Under the pieces are notes generated by a model. It had not been told where the DNA came from. It did not search any database and was given only the letters and a program-made list of their open reading frames with translations. A stretch of DNA of 63,583 bases, counting the filler, from Octopus bimaculoides (lineage: Eukaryota), in NCBI RefSeq assembly GCF_001194135.2. It is 5 parts of 4 records of this genome, joined end to end, with 100 filler letters (N's around TTAATTAATTAA, not from the genome) between each part and the next. Parts side by side here need not be neighbours in the genome. Positions count along the whole stretch, not along the records: positions 1 to 21,482 come from NC_068983.1; positions 21,583 to 42,061 come from NC_068998.1; 3 more parts are not named here. One strand, 5' to 3'. A program made the translations under genes and the position numbers. Positions 14,153 to 25,559 of this stretch are shown here, in pieces (positions within the stretch are counted from its first letter, which is position 1; each line of letters begins with the position of its first letter).

Positions 14153-14205
<53 letters not shown>
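13968..14205 (+). mobile_element. SINE-B (A-box/B-box head, (ATT)n tail)
   Basis: TGGCAGAACC ... GAGTTCATATTCC ... CTTTGCCTTTCGTCC, ending in an (ATT)n tract at about 14155-14205. Homologous copies occur elsewhere. Confidence 0.85.
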
Positions 14206-14206
<1 letters not shown>

Positions 14207-14399
14207 CATCACCTTTTTTTATACTGTAAAGGTGATTGTTAATAATTATGATGATAATAATGATGGTTTCTGGTTTAAACACAAGGCCAGCAATTTTGAG
14301 GGATAAGATTAGTGAGGTTAGTTGATACCAATGACATCAGTACTAGACTGGTACTTTATTTTGACTCGAAAAAGCAATCCATAGTACTTGTATCATGTT

Positions 14400-16100
14400 A
14401 ATTGCACACAGATCTCATTGACAAGTTTCTTTCATGCTTTCTTGTCCTCTATCATTGCTGAAACATAATTTTTTTAAGGTTTGTGTACTTCAGAAATTAC
14501 TACTCATACTTGAGGTCTATCTTTTACTTTGCACTAGCACCTATAGTAATAGTTGTCATACAACTCTAACTTCTCTACACCAACAGTGTCTTACCATCTT
14601 GAGTCTGCATTTTTTGATGGTTTCTCTTAATAATGTTACATTTCCATATAAGACACTGTTTGATAAATGTTGCTTCAAGAAACATTTTTCCCCCTCCTTA
14701 GCATTTTGGTCTTTATTTCATTTAGTGTGCTTTCTGTTGCTTTCATAAAATGTCCAACAATCATATTTGTATGTCAATATATTGCTACTCTAAATCACTA
14801 TATTTCAAGGTTATCAGATAGATTTGTTTCCTATATTGCAAACATTTTATTCATTGCTAATCATGCCCATTCAATTTTTACTCTGTTGTCTCCCTTCAAG
14901 TTTTCTATCCATGATCCCAGATAACTAGTCATTTACACATTTCAAATTTGGATCCATTGGTGATATAATGTCTTCTTTCATTTGATTGAAAACCATAAAC
15001 TCAATCTTATCATTGATCTGTAGTCTGCTCTGTTCTGCAGCTTGCTCAACTTCTTGAAGTAGTAGTTGAGCTTTCTTTATAGTATTAGAAGAGCTATATC
15101 AGCTGCATAATTTCTATCAGTACTTATACTATAAGTATGCAGAATGATGTCTGCTTTTTTGAGGAGCTATTTGGAAATCTGTTTCTTCCCCATTTAATGT
15201 TGCATTTCATAATGAGTCCAAGACTACACTGAACAAGAAGAGTGTCAACTTGTAGTACCCCTACCAAGATATCAAAGAAATCTTTGTCACTATGAGGTGA
15301 TAAAACCTGAATGACTATATAGAATTTACATTATCATTTCTCCATAGTACTTAACAAGTATTCATTTTATCAATCACATCAAATTATTTTAGCAATAGAA
15401 TATAGTTAATAGAATTAATCTGGCACCTATTTTATCTACTTCAGAAATATTGCGACTTTTAAGTCAACTCAGAACCAAGCAAGACAAAAGCTAAAGCATC
15501 TATTAATAAAATTGCAAACACATATTTTTAAATCATGACAAAAAGAGAACTTTAAAATTTGGGGTTAGGATTTTTCGGCTGCCAAGAAATAAGTTGTTGC
15601 TGTAGGTCAGGTTTGATTAAGCAGACTACAAATATAGATGTATCTATTTTCAGACATTGTAACTAGGACTGCATTATATTTCCTTCCATTTTTGTTAACA
15701 TGGTAGGATATCATTTGAGGTAGATTTACCCATTATTTGTAGTTGCTTGTTTCGTCATGTAGAGGTTTTCCATGCTGTGTAGTAGATGAGGTTGCTGATT
15801 TTTAACGTCAGGTCAGCGCCAATAAAACCTTGACCAACCCATCAGATTGCACATCAATGACTACACATTTTAATGTTTCCTTTCATATTTTTAAGATGGT
15901 ATGGTATGCAACAAGGGAGAATTAACTGAGTTTTGTAACAGGGAATACGTTGTTGGCTCTTGGAGCTGCATTTGAAGTGGTTAGTAATATGCAACTAGGT
16001 TTGGGATCTGGTTTCAAGGGCCGTGTTGGAGGTAAAGGAACATATGTGGCATCTGGAGTAGTTCTTGACTGAGGAAGAAAGAGCTGCTGACAGTAGGAAG
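14400..16100 (-). mobile_element. Old, internally deleted RTE-clade LINE (endonuclease, RT and C-terminal remnants)
   Basis: Minus strand gives AADIALL...AQLLLQEVEQAAEQSRLQIN...YLGSWI (about 14950-15120) and ETIKKCRLKMVRHCW (about 14600), with many stops. The extent above 15700 is uncertain. Confidence 0.65.
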
Positions 16101-19100
16101 CTTAAGTCATTGCTATTTATTTATATTTGATATTTTCTATTTTTATTTCATTATACATACTGTTTTCATAAACATTACCCTTGATATTTCAATATTTGGA
16201 AAGAAAAATGTAAATAAATAAATATTATTGACAATGTTCTTGGTTAGATTAATCTTGCTTCAAGAACAACATCAAAATTTTTGTTTCTTTTTTTTAAACT
16301 ACAATTTGAACATGATTTGAGAACTATCTTTTATTCAATCAATAATTGTTTAAGCCTTGAGTAAATGGAAACCAATGCAGCATTTGAATTACACTAACTC
16401 TGACAAAGTGTATGAAGAAATTTGGAGAGAAAATTTGATGGAAAATATGTAGTTATTTTCAATTTTCAATTGATTCCAGATAGTTGCTCTTAGTTTGAAA
16501 CACAAATTTCATTGTAGATTTCACTTCTTTTCATATATCTCAATGAAACAAAAGACATGAAATTTTAAATACATGCTTTACATTTTATTGTTTACAGCAA
16601 CTTTTATTATTAGCTTGAGTGCTTAACAGATGAGCAACCTTAAAATAGGTCTCATTTTTAGCACTTTGGCTGATTTTACAGTCTAGAGTCCTTCAGAATA
16701 CAAAGATTGTTTTAAATGAAGACTTTCCATAATCATGGTTCTACTTTAGATCAGACTCTTAAACATTTTCTACATTTACTCTCAAGTTTCATCTTTTCTA
16801 CAGCTATACACCATATATTTCAAGTTGTATTTACCAACATACTAACACTTTATCATGTAACAAACTAAGCATTCTAATAATTTAGTTTACATTTATTTGC
16901 ATATATTATGTTTTATCTTTTCTTTTATATTACTTTTCCAAGAATTAACAATTCTGTAAGCCTATTTATTTTGCCAAATTTCTTTAAAAAGAATTTTAAA
17001 ACTCAATAGCACACTACGTCATTTATATATAAAGATTATATAGTTAGGAATTAAGGATTTCCATGAATTGTCTTTTCACCATTAAAACTTTTAATCTTTC
17101 CCAGACACATTTAAGTTTGAATTTACAAACTTGTGTCACTATTTCAAAAGAAATGTTGTCATTAGTTATAGAATACTTGTACATGTTTATTCTCTATTAT
17201 GTTGATGGAGACTTATTCAAAATTCAAATATAAATTCAAATATAATTCTGTATGAATTTAAATTCCTTTTTTTATATTTTCCTTGAAGCAATAATTTAAA
17301 ATTCTATTGTTATAAAATTTATTATCTAATTTTACATTTTCTTTGTTGCTTGCTTTATTACTATGGCTGAACCTAATTGCAGTTTATTATTTTGGCCTGA
17401 TATTATATAAGAATATTACTCTAGTTTATTTACATAGATCACACTCAATATGATATTAGTAAATATTTTGCTTTATTTAGCATTAATCTTTAATATTTTA
17501 TTATTCATTTTTGTTGGCAATTTTTGCTTTATTTGTTCCCTATGTTGTCTAATAAAACCTTTCCAACTATTTGTGTGTTCTATTTTTACTGTATGTAAAT
17601 TAGTTTGTTCACATGTCTGATTAATGTATATGTGCATATATTTGTTTATGTAATGTCTATATATGTGAGAATATGTTGGTACATAATGCATGTATGTTTG
17701 TGTTTATTTGTATATTATATCTATATACCATGTATATATTTCTACCTTTGTTTCCTTCATTTTATAATGTTGCTTTCCTGCATGATTTCAAATATTTGTA
17801 TATAGCCATTCGTTTAGATAAACCATTAAGCTCATCATAAATACTTTAAACTAACAATCACTAACTTCATTTTAGATTCATATCTATGTATGTTCATTTT
17901 CTTCTTGATTACGTGTTTTGAAATGCTGTTTCTTAGAAATTGATTTTCTTGTCGATATTTTAGTAAGATGTTGGGAACCAAGAAGAGTAGATTAGTCCTA
18001 CTTTGATGGTGTTTTATCTTTTGTGTATTTTCGAACAAGCATTCATAAGCCATTACCAACAAGTGTTTTTTTTGTTTTTTTTCATATTCTCAATACAATG
18101 TCATTACCAAGGTTACATAGCATTATTGGATGTACTTCTCTGTACATGTCAATAATGGTGATGTATATGTGGCTCATGTTCAGTGTTGCAAGGAAGGCAC
18201 TCAACACATGTACTTCAGAGGTGTTCACAGCCATTGTGGACTATCTCACATTTGCTGTGATATGTTATAAACTTCTGAGTGCTCTAGATCTCATGTTCTA
18301 AGAGCCTTGTAGAGCATATGTCGCAAAGACATCTTAGTTAGTTTTGATCTGTGGATCAGAAGTACCCTCAGTGAACTTATGTTTGATGTATAACTGCATA
18401 TCAATGTATAAATGTGGATTATCACACTGCTACTGTGAATAATTTAAATAAACCAAACACTCTTTTCCTTTTACACTATTTGAGTACTTGAAAGACACTA
18501 GATAGCCTTTCTCAGAGGTGACATTTGGTAACAAGTTAATGAAAGAGCCTCTGCCTAGCTGCTTGGTGTGCCAGATCAAACTCTACCTTCTTACAAAAGA
18601 AAGGACACAATGTGTAAAATGTCTGAAAAGAAGACTAGATGGTTACAAATGAAAAGCTTTTGTTAATAGGTCTTCTCAATAAGGGTTGAACTGGACCAAA
18701 AACAACTATGACAATAGCAAGCATCCCTTTATGGATACTGTCAAAGCAGTGTTATTTTAAGCTATGGGCTCACTGGGCATTTGCTCACTGGGCATTTGCC
18801 CAGGAGTTTTACAGGCTTAGGGGCCCAACTTTGATCTATGTACACCATGGCTTGATGTTAATAAATCTACACTATAGAAAACAATGCATTTGTTTACCTT
18901 GAGGCCTATAATGCTTCTAAGATGGCCCCGCACTCAAAACAGGAGTAAAACCTTACTCAGATCAACAAGATCCTCTTACATGCCTTTTCTATATTTAATG
19001 TCAAATGCAGTGCTATGCTCCAATCTAAAAGTTTAGAAATTGTATGGGTCAGTTCTTTGACATGGCCCCATAATATCACACTATCACATGGTGATCTCTT

Positions 19101-19495
19101 TAATCTATATTAGACTTTGTCATGATTTAACATGTATGAATTTGTCTCCAGTTAGCACTTACAAACTTTCATTTTAAGATCTGGTTTCCTTTCATTTACT
19201 TTTCTAACTTTACATTACCAACACTATCACACACACTTTTTTTTATGTTGTTGAGTGTATGAGATTATTATTTCATTTCAAAATATTTCTTTATTACTGT
19301 TCTATTAAATTATGTAAACCACTCTCTTCAGATAAAATGAAGAAATTTAATGTATATGAAATAAATACTCTATATACACTCACATAGACACACATACACA
19401 CACACACATATATGTGGTGTACATGTGATCACAACATGGTATTTTGATGGCTTCATTAACTGCCCAACTTTGAAGAGAAAACCTATTTCTCATAG

Positions 19496-19533
19496 AGTGC
19501 AAGAATTTGACTGTGGCAATCATTAGGGATAAG
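19496..19533 (+). CDS. Candidate 38-nt exon (xCKNLTVAIIRDK), phase 1 to 0
   Basis: Acceptor CTATTTCTCATAG and perfect donor AAG|GTGAGT. Only one frame is open, and it is phase-compatible with exon 2540-2824. Confidence 0.35.
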
Positions 19534-20166
19534 GTGAGTGAAGCAAGTAGTAATTTGAGAAAAAGGAATTGTATGTAATTAAATTATCTATGATTTAATT
19601 ACTTGCCGAGCAAGCTGACTGTCCTCTTATTTTTAATAAATTAACAAACACTAATATGATATCTTAAAGAAAGCTAGTGAAGTTAGTGATGGTTTGTTTT
19701 GTGATTTTCACTGTAAGTTTATCTCCTTATTTATCTACTAAGATGTGAGTATGCATGTATCTTTAGCTTTGGTGTGTGGGGAGAATGTGAGTCTATTTAT
19801 CTATGTTGGTATGGTGTGCATGGATTAGTTGAGTGGCATGCATGTGTATCTATTTCAAAGACCAATATCAATGGATGTATTTTTATTTCTTTACTTTTCC
19901 TCATACTCTTTGATTCTTCTGTTTCTCCTCTTCTGCCATATATATAAACACACCCAAACACTCATTACTTCTTTCTTTTCTGCTCTCACTTTTGCTGTGT
20001 AGTGTGAGTTAAGCTATTCTTTTGTTTTGTGAAAAATATCATGCCCTGAGAGAAGTACTAGCACTGTAGTGTGGCTATCTACAGACAAAGATAAAATTAT
20101 TTTATATTTTACAAAAAGGTAAATTTTGAACACAGTATACCAGAAAGATGGAAAAAGTTGTCAGCA

Positions 20167-20237
20167 GATGGCTACGGGACTCAATCCTGTACCTCTCGGT
20201 TACCGACTGAATACTCTACCAATAAGCTAAACGGCTC
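20167..20237 (-). pseudogene. Degenerate tRNA-like sequence (Thr-like GGT loop), probably a short SINE head
   Basis: GAGCCGTTTAGCTTATTGGTAGAGTATTCAGTCGGTAACCGAGAGGTACAGGATTGAGTCCCGTAGCCATC has A-box-like and B-box-like motifs, imperfect anticodon and T stems, and a broken acceptor stem. Confidence 0.45.
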
Positions 20238-20438
20238 ACTGTCAACAATCACTGACAAATTAAATGTTAAATAATAATTGCTTTTGGATGCTACATTATG
20301 TAAACAAGCTTTCTGCTGCTTTCACAGCTATACTGCATTCAAAATTCACTTTCTTGTCTGTAAAATATGAAATACATTTGATGCTTCCAAAGTTTGTTTA
20401 CATAATGTTCTCACAAAATTATTAAATTATTTTAATTT

Positions 20439-20488
<50 letters not shown>

Positions 20489-20498
20489 NNNNNNNNNN

Positions 20499-20532
<34 letters not shown>

Positions 20533-21369
20533 GGAAACAAACACAGGGGATGCAAACACATACCACACTCATTCAGGTAAAAAAAAAAAAAAACCTTTGA
20601 TACTCATATGCAGACAAACACAGTCATAAATTTGCAATATCTACATATATATTCTTTGATAAACATAATGACAAATTTATGATCCATATATACACATATG
20701 TCCAATCAAATTTTGTTTCTAAAAAACAAAAAACTTCCCATTCCTTTCTCCTTCTTACCTTGATGATATCTTTACTTTGTTCCTTCTCCCACTTTCTGTG
20801 AAAGCTTCACTCAGTCCAACACACTTCTTCCCACTACTGTCATTCTTTTCCTCCTCCTCTTCACTTATGCTGTGTATCTTAGTTTCCATAAATGTTCCAA
20901 CCCACTACCCCTATAAATCTATATTTACACTCTGCAGCTAACAGACAAAAAATATATAATTACACTTTCTCCGTGCTGGATTTGTATTGGTCAAACAAGA
21001 GAGCTTCAGATTATTCTAAATAAACAAGAATCAGAAGAAAAAAATAAAAAGAGAGATCAGTATCCATGTCCTTTGTAGGTCCTTTCGGACAGCACACACT
21101 CATATATGCTTGTCCATATATGTGTGTGTGCATTGTTTGGAAAAAAGAGAGGGATGGTAGCAGGAAGGTCAACTGGTTGTAGAAAATCTACCTCAACAAA
21201 TTCCAACTGACCCATGCAATCATGGAAAAGTGGATGTTAAGAATGATGATGGACAATTATATTATGTATATATCATATTTGATGGCCTATAAGATGCACA
21301 AGTATATATTATTAGTAGTGAATTAACAGCAATTTGCTTCTTGCTCCTCTGTAATACAGAGTGTGTGTG

Positions 21370-21462
<93 letters not shown>

Positions 21463-21482
21463 ATGTATGTGTATATATATAT

Positions 21483-21582
21483 NNNNNNNNNNNNNNNNNN
21501 NNNNNNNNNNNNNNNNNNNNNNNNNNTTAATTAATTAANNNNNNNNNNNNNNNNNNNNNNNNNNNNNNNNNNNNNNNNNNNN
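21483..21582. other. Scaffolding spacer N44-TTAATTAATTAA-N44 (also 42062-42161, 49482-49581, 62125-62224)
   Basis: The identical 100-nt construct occurs four times, and the 12-mer has stops in all six frames. It is an assembly artefact. Confidence 0.95.
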
Positions 21583-21930
21583 ACATGATATCTTTCGTGC
21601 GAGATCGTTGCCAGTGCCCATGGACTGGCTCTTGTGCGAGTGACACATGAGGTTTTTCGAGCGAGATCATTGCCGGTGCCCCTGGACTGGCTCTTGTGTG
21701 GGTGGCACATAAAAGACACCATTTCGAGTGTGGCCATTTTCGTGCGGGTGACACGTAAAAGCACCCACTACACTCTCTGAGTGGTTGGCGTTAGGAAGGG
21801 CATCCAGCTGTAGAAACTCTGCCAAATTAGATTGGAGCCTGGTGTTGCCATCCGGTTTCACCAGTCCTCAGTCAAATCGTCCAACCCATGCTAGCATGGA
21901 AGGCGGACGTTAAACGATGATGATGATGAT
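21583..21930 (+). mobile_element. SINE-C / RTE-tail-like element ending in (GAT)n, young copy
   Basis: GGCGTTAGGAAGGGCATCCAGCTGTAGAAAC...GGACGTTAAACGATGATGAT. It differs at about 7 of 225 nt from the inverted copy at 41828-42061. Confidence 0.85.
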
Positions 21931-22544
21931 GTTATTATAGGCAAAAATTCCACCGAGGTCAACTTTGCCTTTCATCCTTCCAGGGTCAATTAATTAAGTA
22001 TCAGTGAAAAACTGATTATAATATGCAATATTGTAAAATAGAAATATAAAATATGAAACTTGGACTAAGCTGAATTTTGGTGACTCATAGATTCTTCAAG
22101 ACAGTGCCCCAGCATGGCCCCAGTTTAATAACTGAAACAAGTAAAAGGTAGAAATAACCTGGAATGTTACTAATAATCTGACAGATAATATTGAGAATAT
22201 TTTTTTAATACTGCTGGCAATATCAGATAATGTTAGATCTGTTATTAATTTGTAAGTTAACAGCATTAGAGTTATTGATAACATATATTTCATGAGAAAT
22301 TTGCTTAATTTAATTTTTGCTTTAAAATATTTTTATTTTGAAATTTAGAATTCATTTCATTATTTCATAAGACCAATATGAAATTTGAAACTGAAATTAT
22401 AATTATTATGTTTACATCCCCCAACAGCCTTTGAATTTTTCTATGCAAAAGAGCTTTTAAGCCAATAATTTATAGCTTTATCAACTTTGAGTTCTACAAC
22501 TAAAAAAGCTGATTATAATTATTATACCTGTTTAATATTGCTTT

Positions 22545-22750
22545 CAAATTTTGGCACAAGGTCAGTAATTTCAGGTTGAAGAGTTAAGTTGATTACATTA
22601 ACCCCAGTGTTCAACTGGTACTTATTTTACCAACCCCAAAAGAATGAAAGCTAAGTCAACCATAGCAGAATCTGAACTCAGAATGTTAAGGTGGACTAAA
22701 TGCTGTTACAAATTTTGCCCAGCATGTTAATGATTTTGCCAAGCTCGTTG
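22545..22750 (-). mobile_element. SINE-B copy, decayed
   Basis: ACCCCAGTG...GGTACTTATTTTA...TCTGAACTCAGAATG matches the reverse complement of SINE-B. Confidence 0.7.
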
Positions 22751-22915
22751 CTTTACCTGTAATTTGATCAATAACACTAATAATGCTTTAAACTTTTAAA
22801 TTTTCTATAAAGGTGTGTAAAGCAATAATTTAGGTACAACTCATGAATTAATACTTTCTCTACACCATTGAGTTGCTTAAGACTAATTAACAATTTTTTT
22901 TAATGGAACAACAAT

Positions 22916-23273
22916 AACAAGAGCATTCAGAGAGCGCAGACCTCCGCCAGCGCAACACCAACGATTAGTCAGAGATGATTTTTAAAATGAGAATATCTGA
23001 AATAAACTCGACTGCTCTCACAAATGTGAATACTAAAAATGAACCCGACTACTTTCAAAAATTAAGTAAAAAAAAACAGGAAAAACAATCCAGAATCCTT
23101 ATCCGGTACTGGATTGATACTAGAATCTAATCAGTTCATGCCAGTCATGAGGCTGAACTTCCCTGAAAGTTTCATCCGAATCCATCCAGCGGTTCTTGAA
23201 ATATCTTGTTCACAGACAAACAAACAAACACGACTGAAAACAATACCTCCACCGTCGCTAAGGTGGAGATAAT
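22916..23273 (+). mobile_element. Non-autonomous Helentron-associated (HINE/DINE-1-like) element
   Basis: 5' AACAAGAGC...ACCTCCGCC (22940-22948), internal (CAAA)n, and a 3' hairpin ACCTCCACC...GGTGGAGAT (23245-23270) carrying the inverted partner of the 5' subterminal motif. No ORF. Confidence 0.65.
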
Positions 23274-23399
23274 GATTTGTTTTATAACAACAACAATAAT
23301 AATAATAATTTCTTTACTGACCACAGAGCCTACAAGAAAAACATAGATTGTACAGGACAGACACTGAATGTGTGTGTGTGTGTGATTGTTGTGATGAGG

Positions 23400-25465
23400 G
23401 TCTTGCATGTAAACAGGCTTAACATTAAAAAAAAAAATTAACAGTGTGTAATCCTCAGCTGGGAGCTGTTCGATGGCTGCTCAGGAAAAATCTCATAAAA
23501 CCATGGCTGTCGAACTTCTGAGACAGGTGCCTTTTCTCAGGTCCTCTTCTCTGGTTTACAGGGGTGTGCTTAGAGCAGACCCTTTCACTCGCATCATGCT
23601 CACCAGTCCCAACTGGTTTTTAGTGTCTATATGTGTTTTGCGTTGTTTGAATTATTTTCCTGTATATAGGTCAGGAAATTGTGGGTGTGACAAAAAAATC
23701 TGTTTGTGTTATATTGGTGTGTTTTTATGTAATTTATTAAAATGTGTTTTGAGTTGCCATGTAGTTAGTAATGGTACTGTTTTTACTTAGTATTTACTGC
23801 TTCTGCTGTGGGTGTTGTTCTTGTGGTAGGTGTGTGTGTGGGATGGGTTGTGTTTGTGGTGTTGTTGGTTGAGATGGTGTTTGTAGCAGTGGTGGTGGTG
23901 TAGTGTTTTGGGTGTTTTTAGCTTTGTAGCTTTTATTTTCTACTTCTCTCCTGTTTGCAAGGATGAGGATTGTTCTTTGTCTGTGGATTTGCTTTTCTTC
24001 TTTTGATTTTTGTTTTCCATTCCTCATCCCCATCAGACTCTCCACATGTGATGTCTGCCCACTTGGTATTGGGAAGTGGAACACCTGGCACCGAGAAATG
24101 TCTGGGGGTATTTGGTGTAGGTTTTGGTGCTGCCATGGCTGATATTGTTGATAGTGGTGCTGCTGTTCTTCTTGTTAAATTGAGCTTTGGTAGCTGTTGT
24201 CGGTGTTGGGAGAGGTGCCTACTTTTCTTTTTCCATCAATCTAGGGTAGAAAGCTTTTAGGTGAGTGGTTAAAAGGAAAATGTAGCACTTTGCCTTCCTT
24301 CCATCCACTCTGACTGGAATAATGATGCCTCCTGGAAGATGAATTTGGTCTGCGATGACATCCACGTTCTTTTGACTGGTCTGGATGAGGATCTCTATTG
24401 TCATCCCCGACCGGTTCACTTTTTTAGTCTGATAGACTTTGAGGATTTTTGTGTTTTCCTCAATGTCTATCGTGACTGCAGCAATTAGCCAAGGAATGGC
24501 TATTTCTTACAGCACCTGCCATATATGTATTTTTGTCAGTCTCTGGCTCAGTAAGAATGAACTAACAACAGCTTCTCACATTTGGGGGGGGGGGGTCAGA
24601 GAGTGAGATTTTCTTTTCTCTTCTGTTTGGAATCTTACCTCCACTGTTCCGTAACTCTTTCGCCATTGCATATATTCTTTTAGGTTCCAAACGGAACCTA
24701 AAGCTTTTGGGATTTGATCCTTGCTGGCTCTTTCTATCTGCCTTAACTTTAATCTAAATGTACAGTATATCACTGCGACGTATTGTACTTTGGATGTTGG
24801 TGGGGGTGTTTAGTTTGACAGCCTGTCTCACTCAACTAGTTGTCTGGCATTTCTGATTTCCTCTTCAGAGAAGACTTAGTGGCACTAACAACAGAAAGTC
24901 TAGTTCCTTCATCTTCATCGTTGTTGTTGTTCTTGTTGTTTGTTTCTGCATCGACACTTTCTGTTGATTCACACTTGAAAGGCTTTGCATTATTTATACT
25001 TTCACTGTAGGCATTATCTAGTTCTTTCTCTCTCTCTTGTCTGTTGTGATTGAAAAACAATGTTGTTGTTATTGAAGCTGTTGTTCTCTGAAAGAGTTCT
25101 CTCTTGAAAGAGTTCTCTCTTGAAAGAGTTCTCTCTTGAAAAAAAAAAAATCGACCCTGTTATCATTTTTCTCATTCTCAATAAAAACAGGTTCGTCATC
25201 TGTTATTTTTTCTGAGACATGGCGACATAGCATGTCACGCTCAAACCTTCTCTCATTGTGATTTGGTGACACTCCTCACTTTCTCCCCTTTTCTCACATC
25301 CAAGTGCCACTGCATTTAGGTTAGTTTTCCCAATGTTGAGGAGAAAATGAAGAGAATATTTTGCAAAGAAATGAACTGAATTGACTTGTCCACTAAAATT
25401 GGGGGACAAAACAGGAAAAGAAACTCACCAATCAACAGCAATCAACTTGTTGTCCATGATGGTAG
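23400..25465 (-). mobile_element. Tx1/L1-like LINE copy A: 5'UTR, ORF1 relic, and almost all of ORF2 missing
   Basis: 5'UTR and ORF1 are homologous to 26750-28120 (KALGSVWNLKEY, DQIHLPGGIIIPVRVDGRKAKC). It ends with an ORF2-like C-terminal RVKGSALSTPL* at about 23560-23600. Confidence 0.7.
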
Positions 25466-25559
25466 AGATTCCAAATGCGTAAACAAAAGTATTATGTGTT
25501 CTTCTTTATAAAATCCAACAGAGCAAAGTTAAGCATGGCTAGTCAAGCAGACAGCCATA

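Noticed and set aside
18130-18420. Possible Gypsy integrase ghost (DV..HVQCCK...IVDYL..Y.LL..LD)
   Set aside because: The motifs are too degenerate and spread over several frames to support by eye. It would need an rve HMM hit.
21527-21538. Palindromic TTAATTAATTAA islands inside N runs (four sites)
   Set aside because: They are always flanked by exactly 44 N on each side. This is a synthetic six-frame-stop scaffold spacer, not biology.
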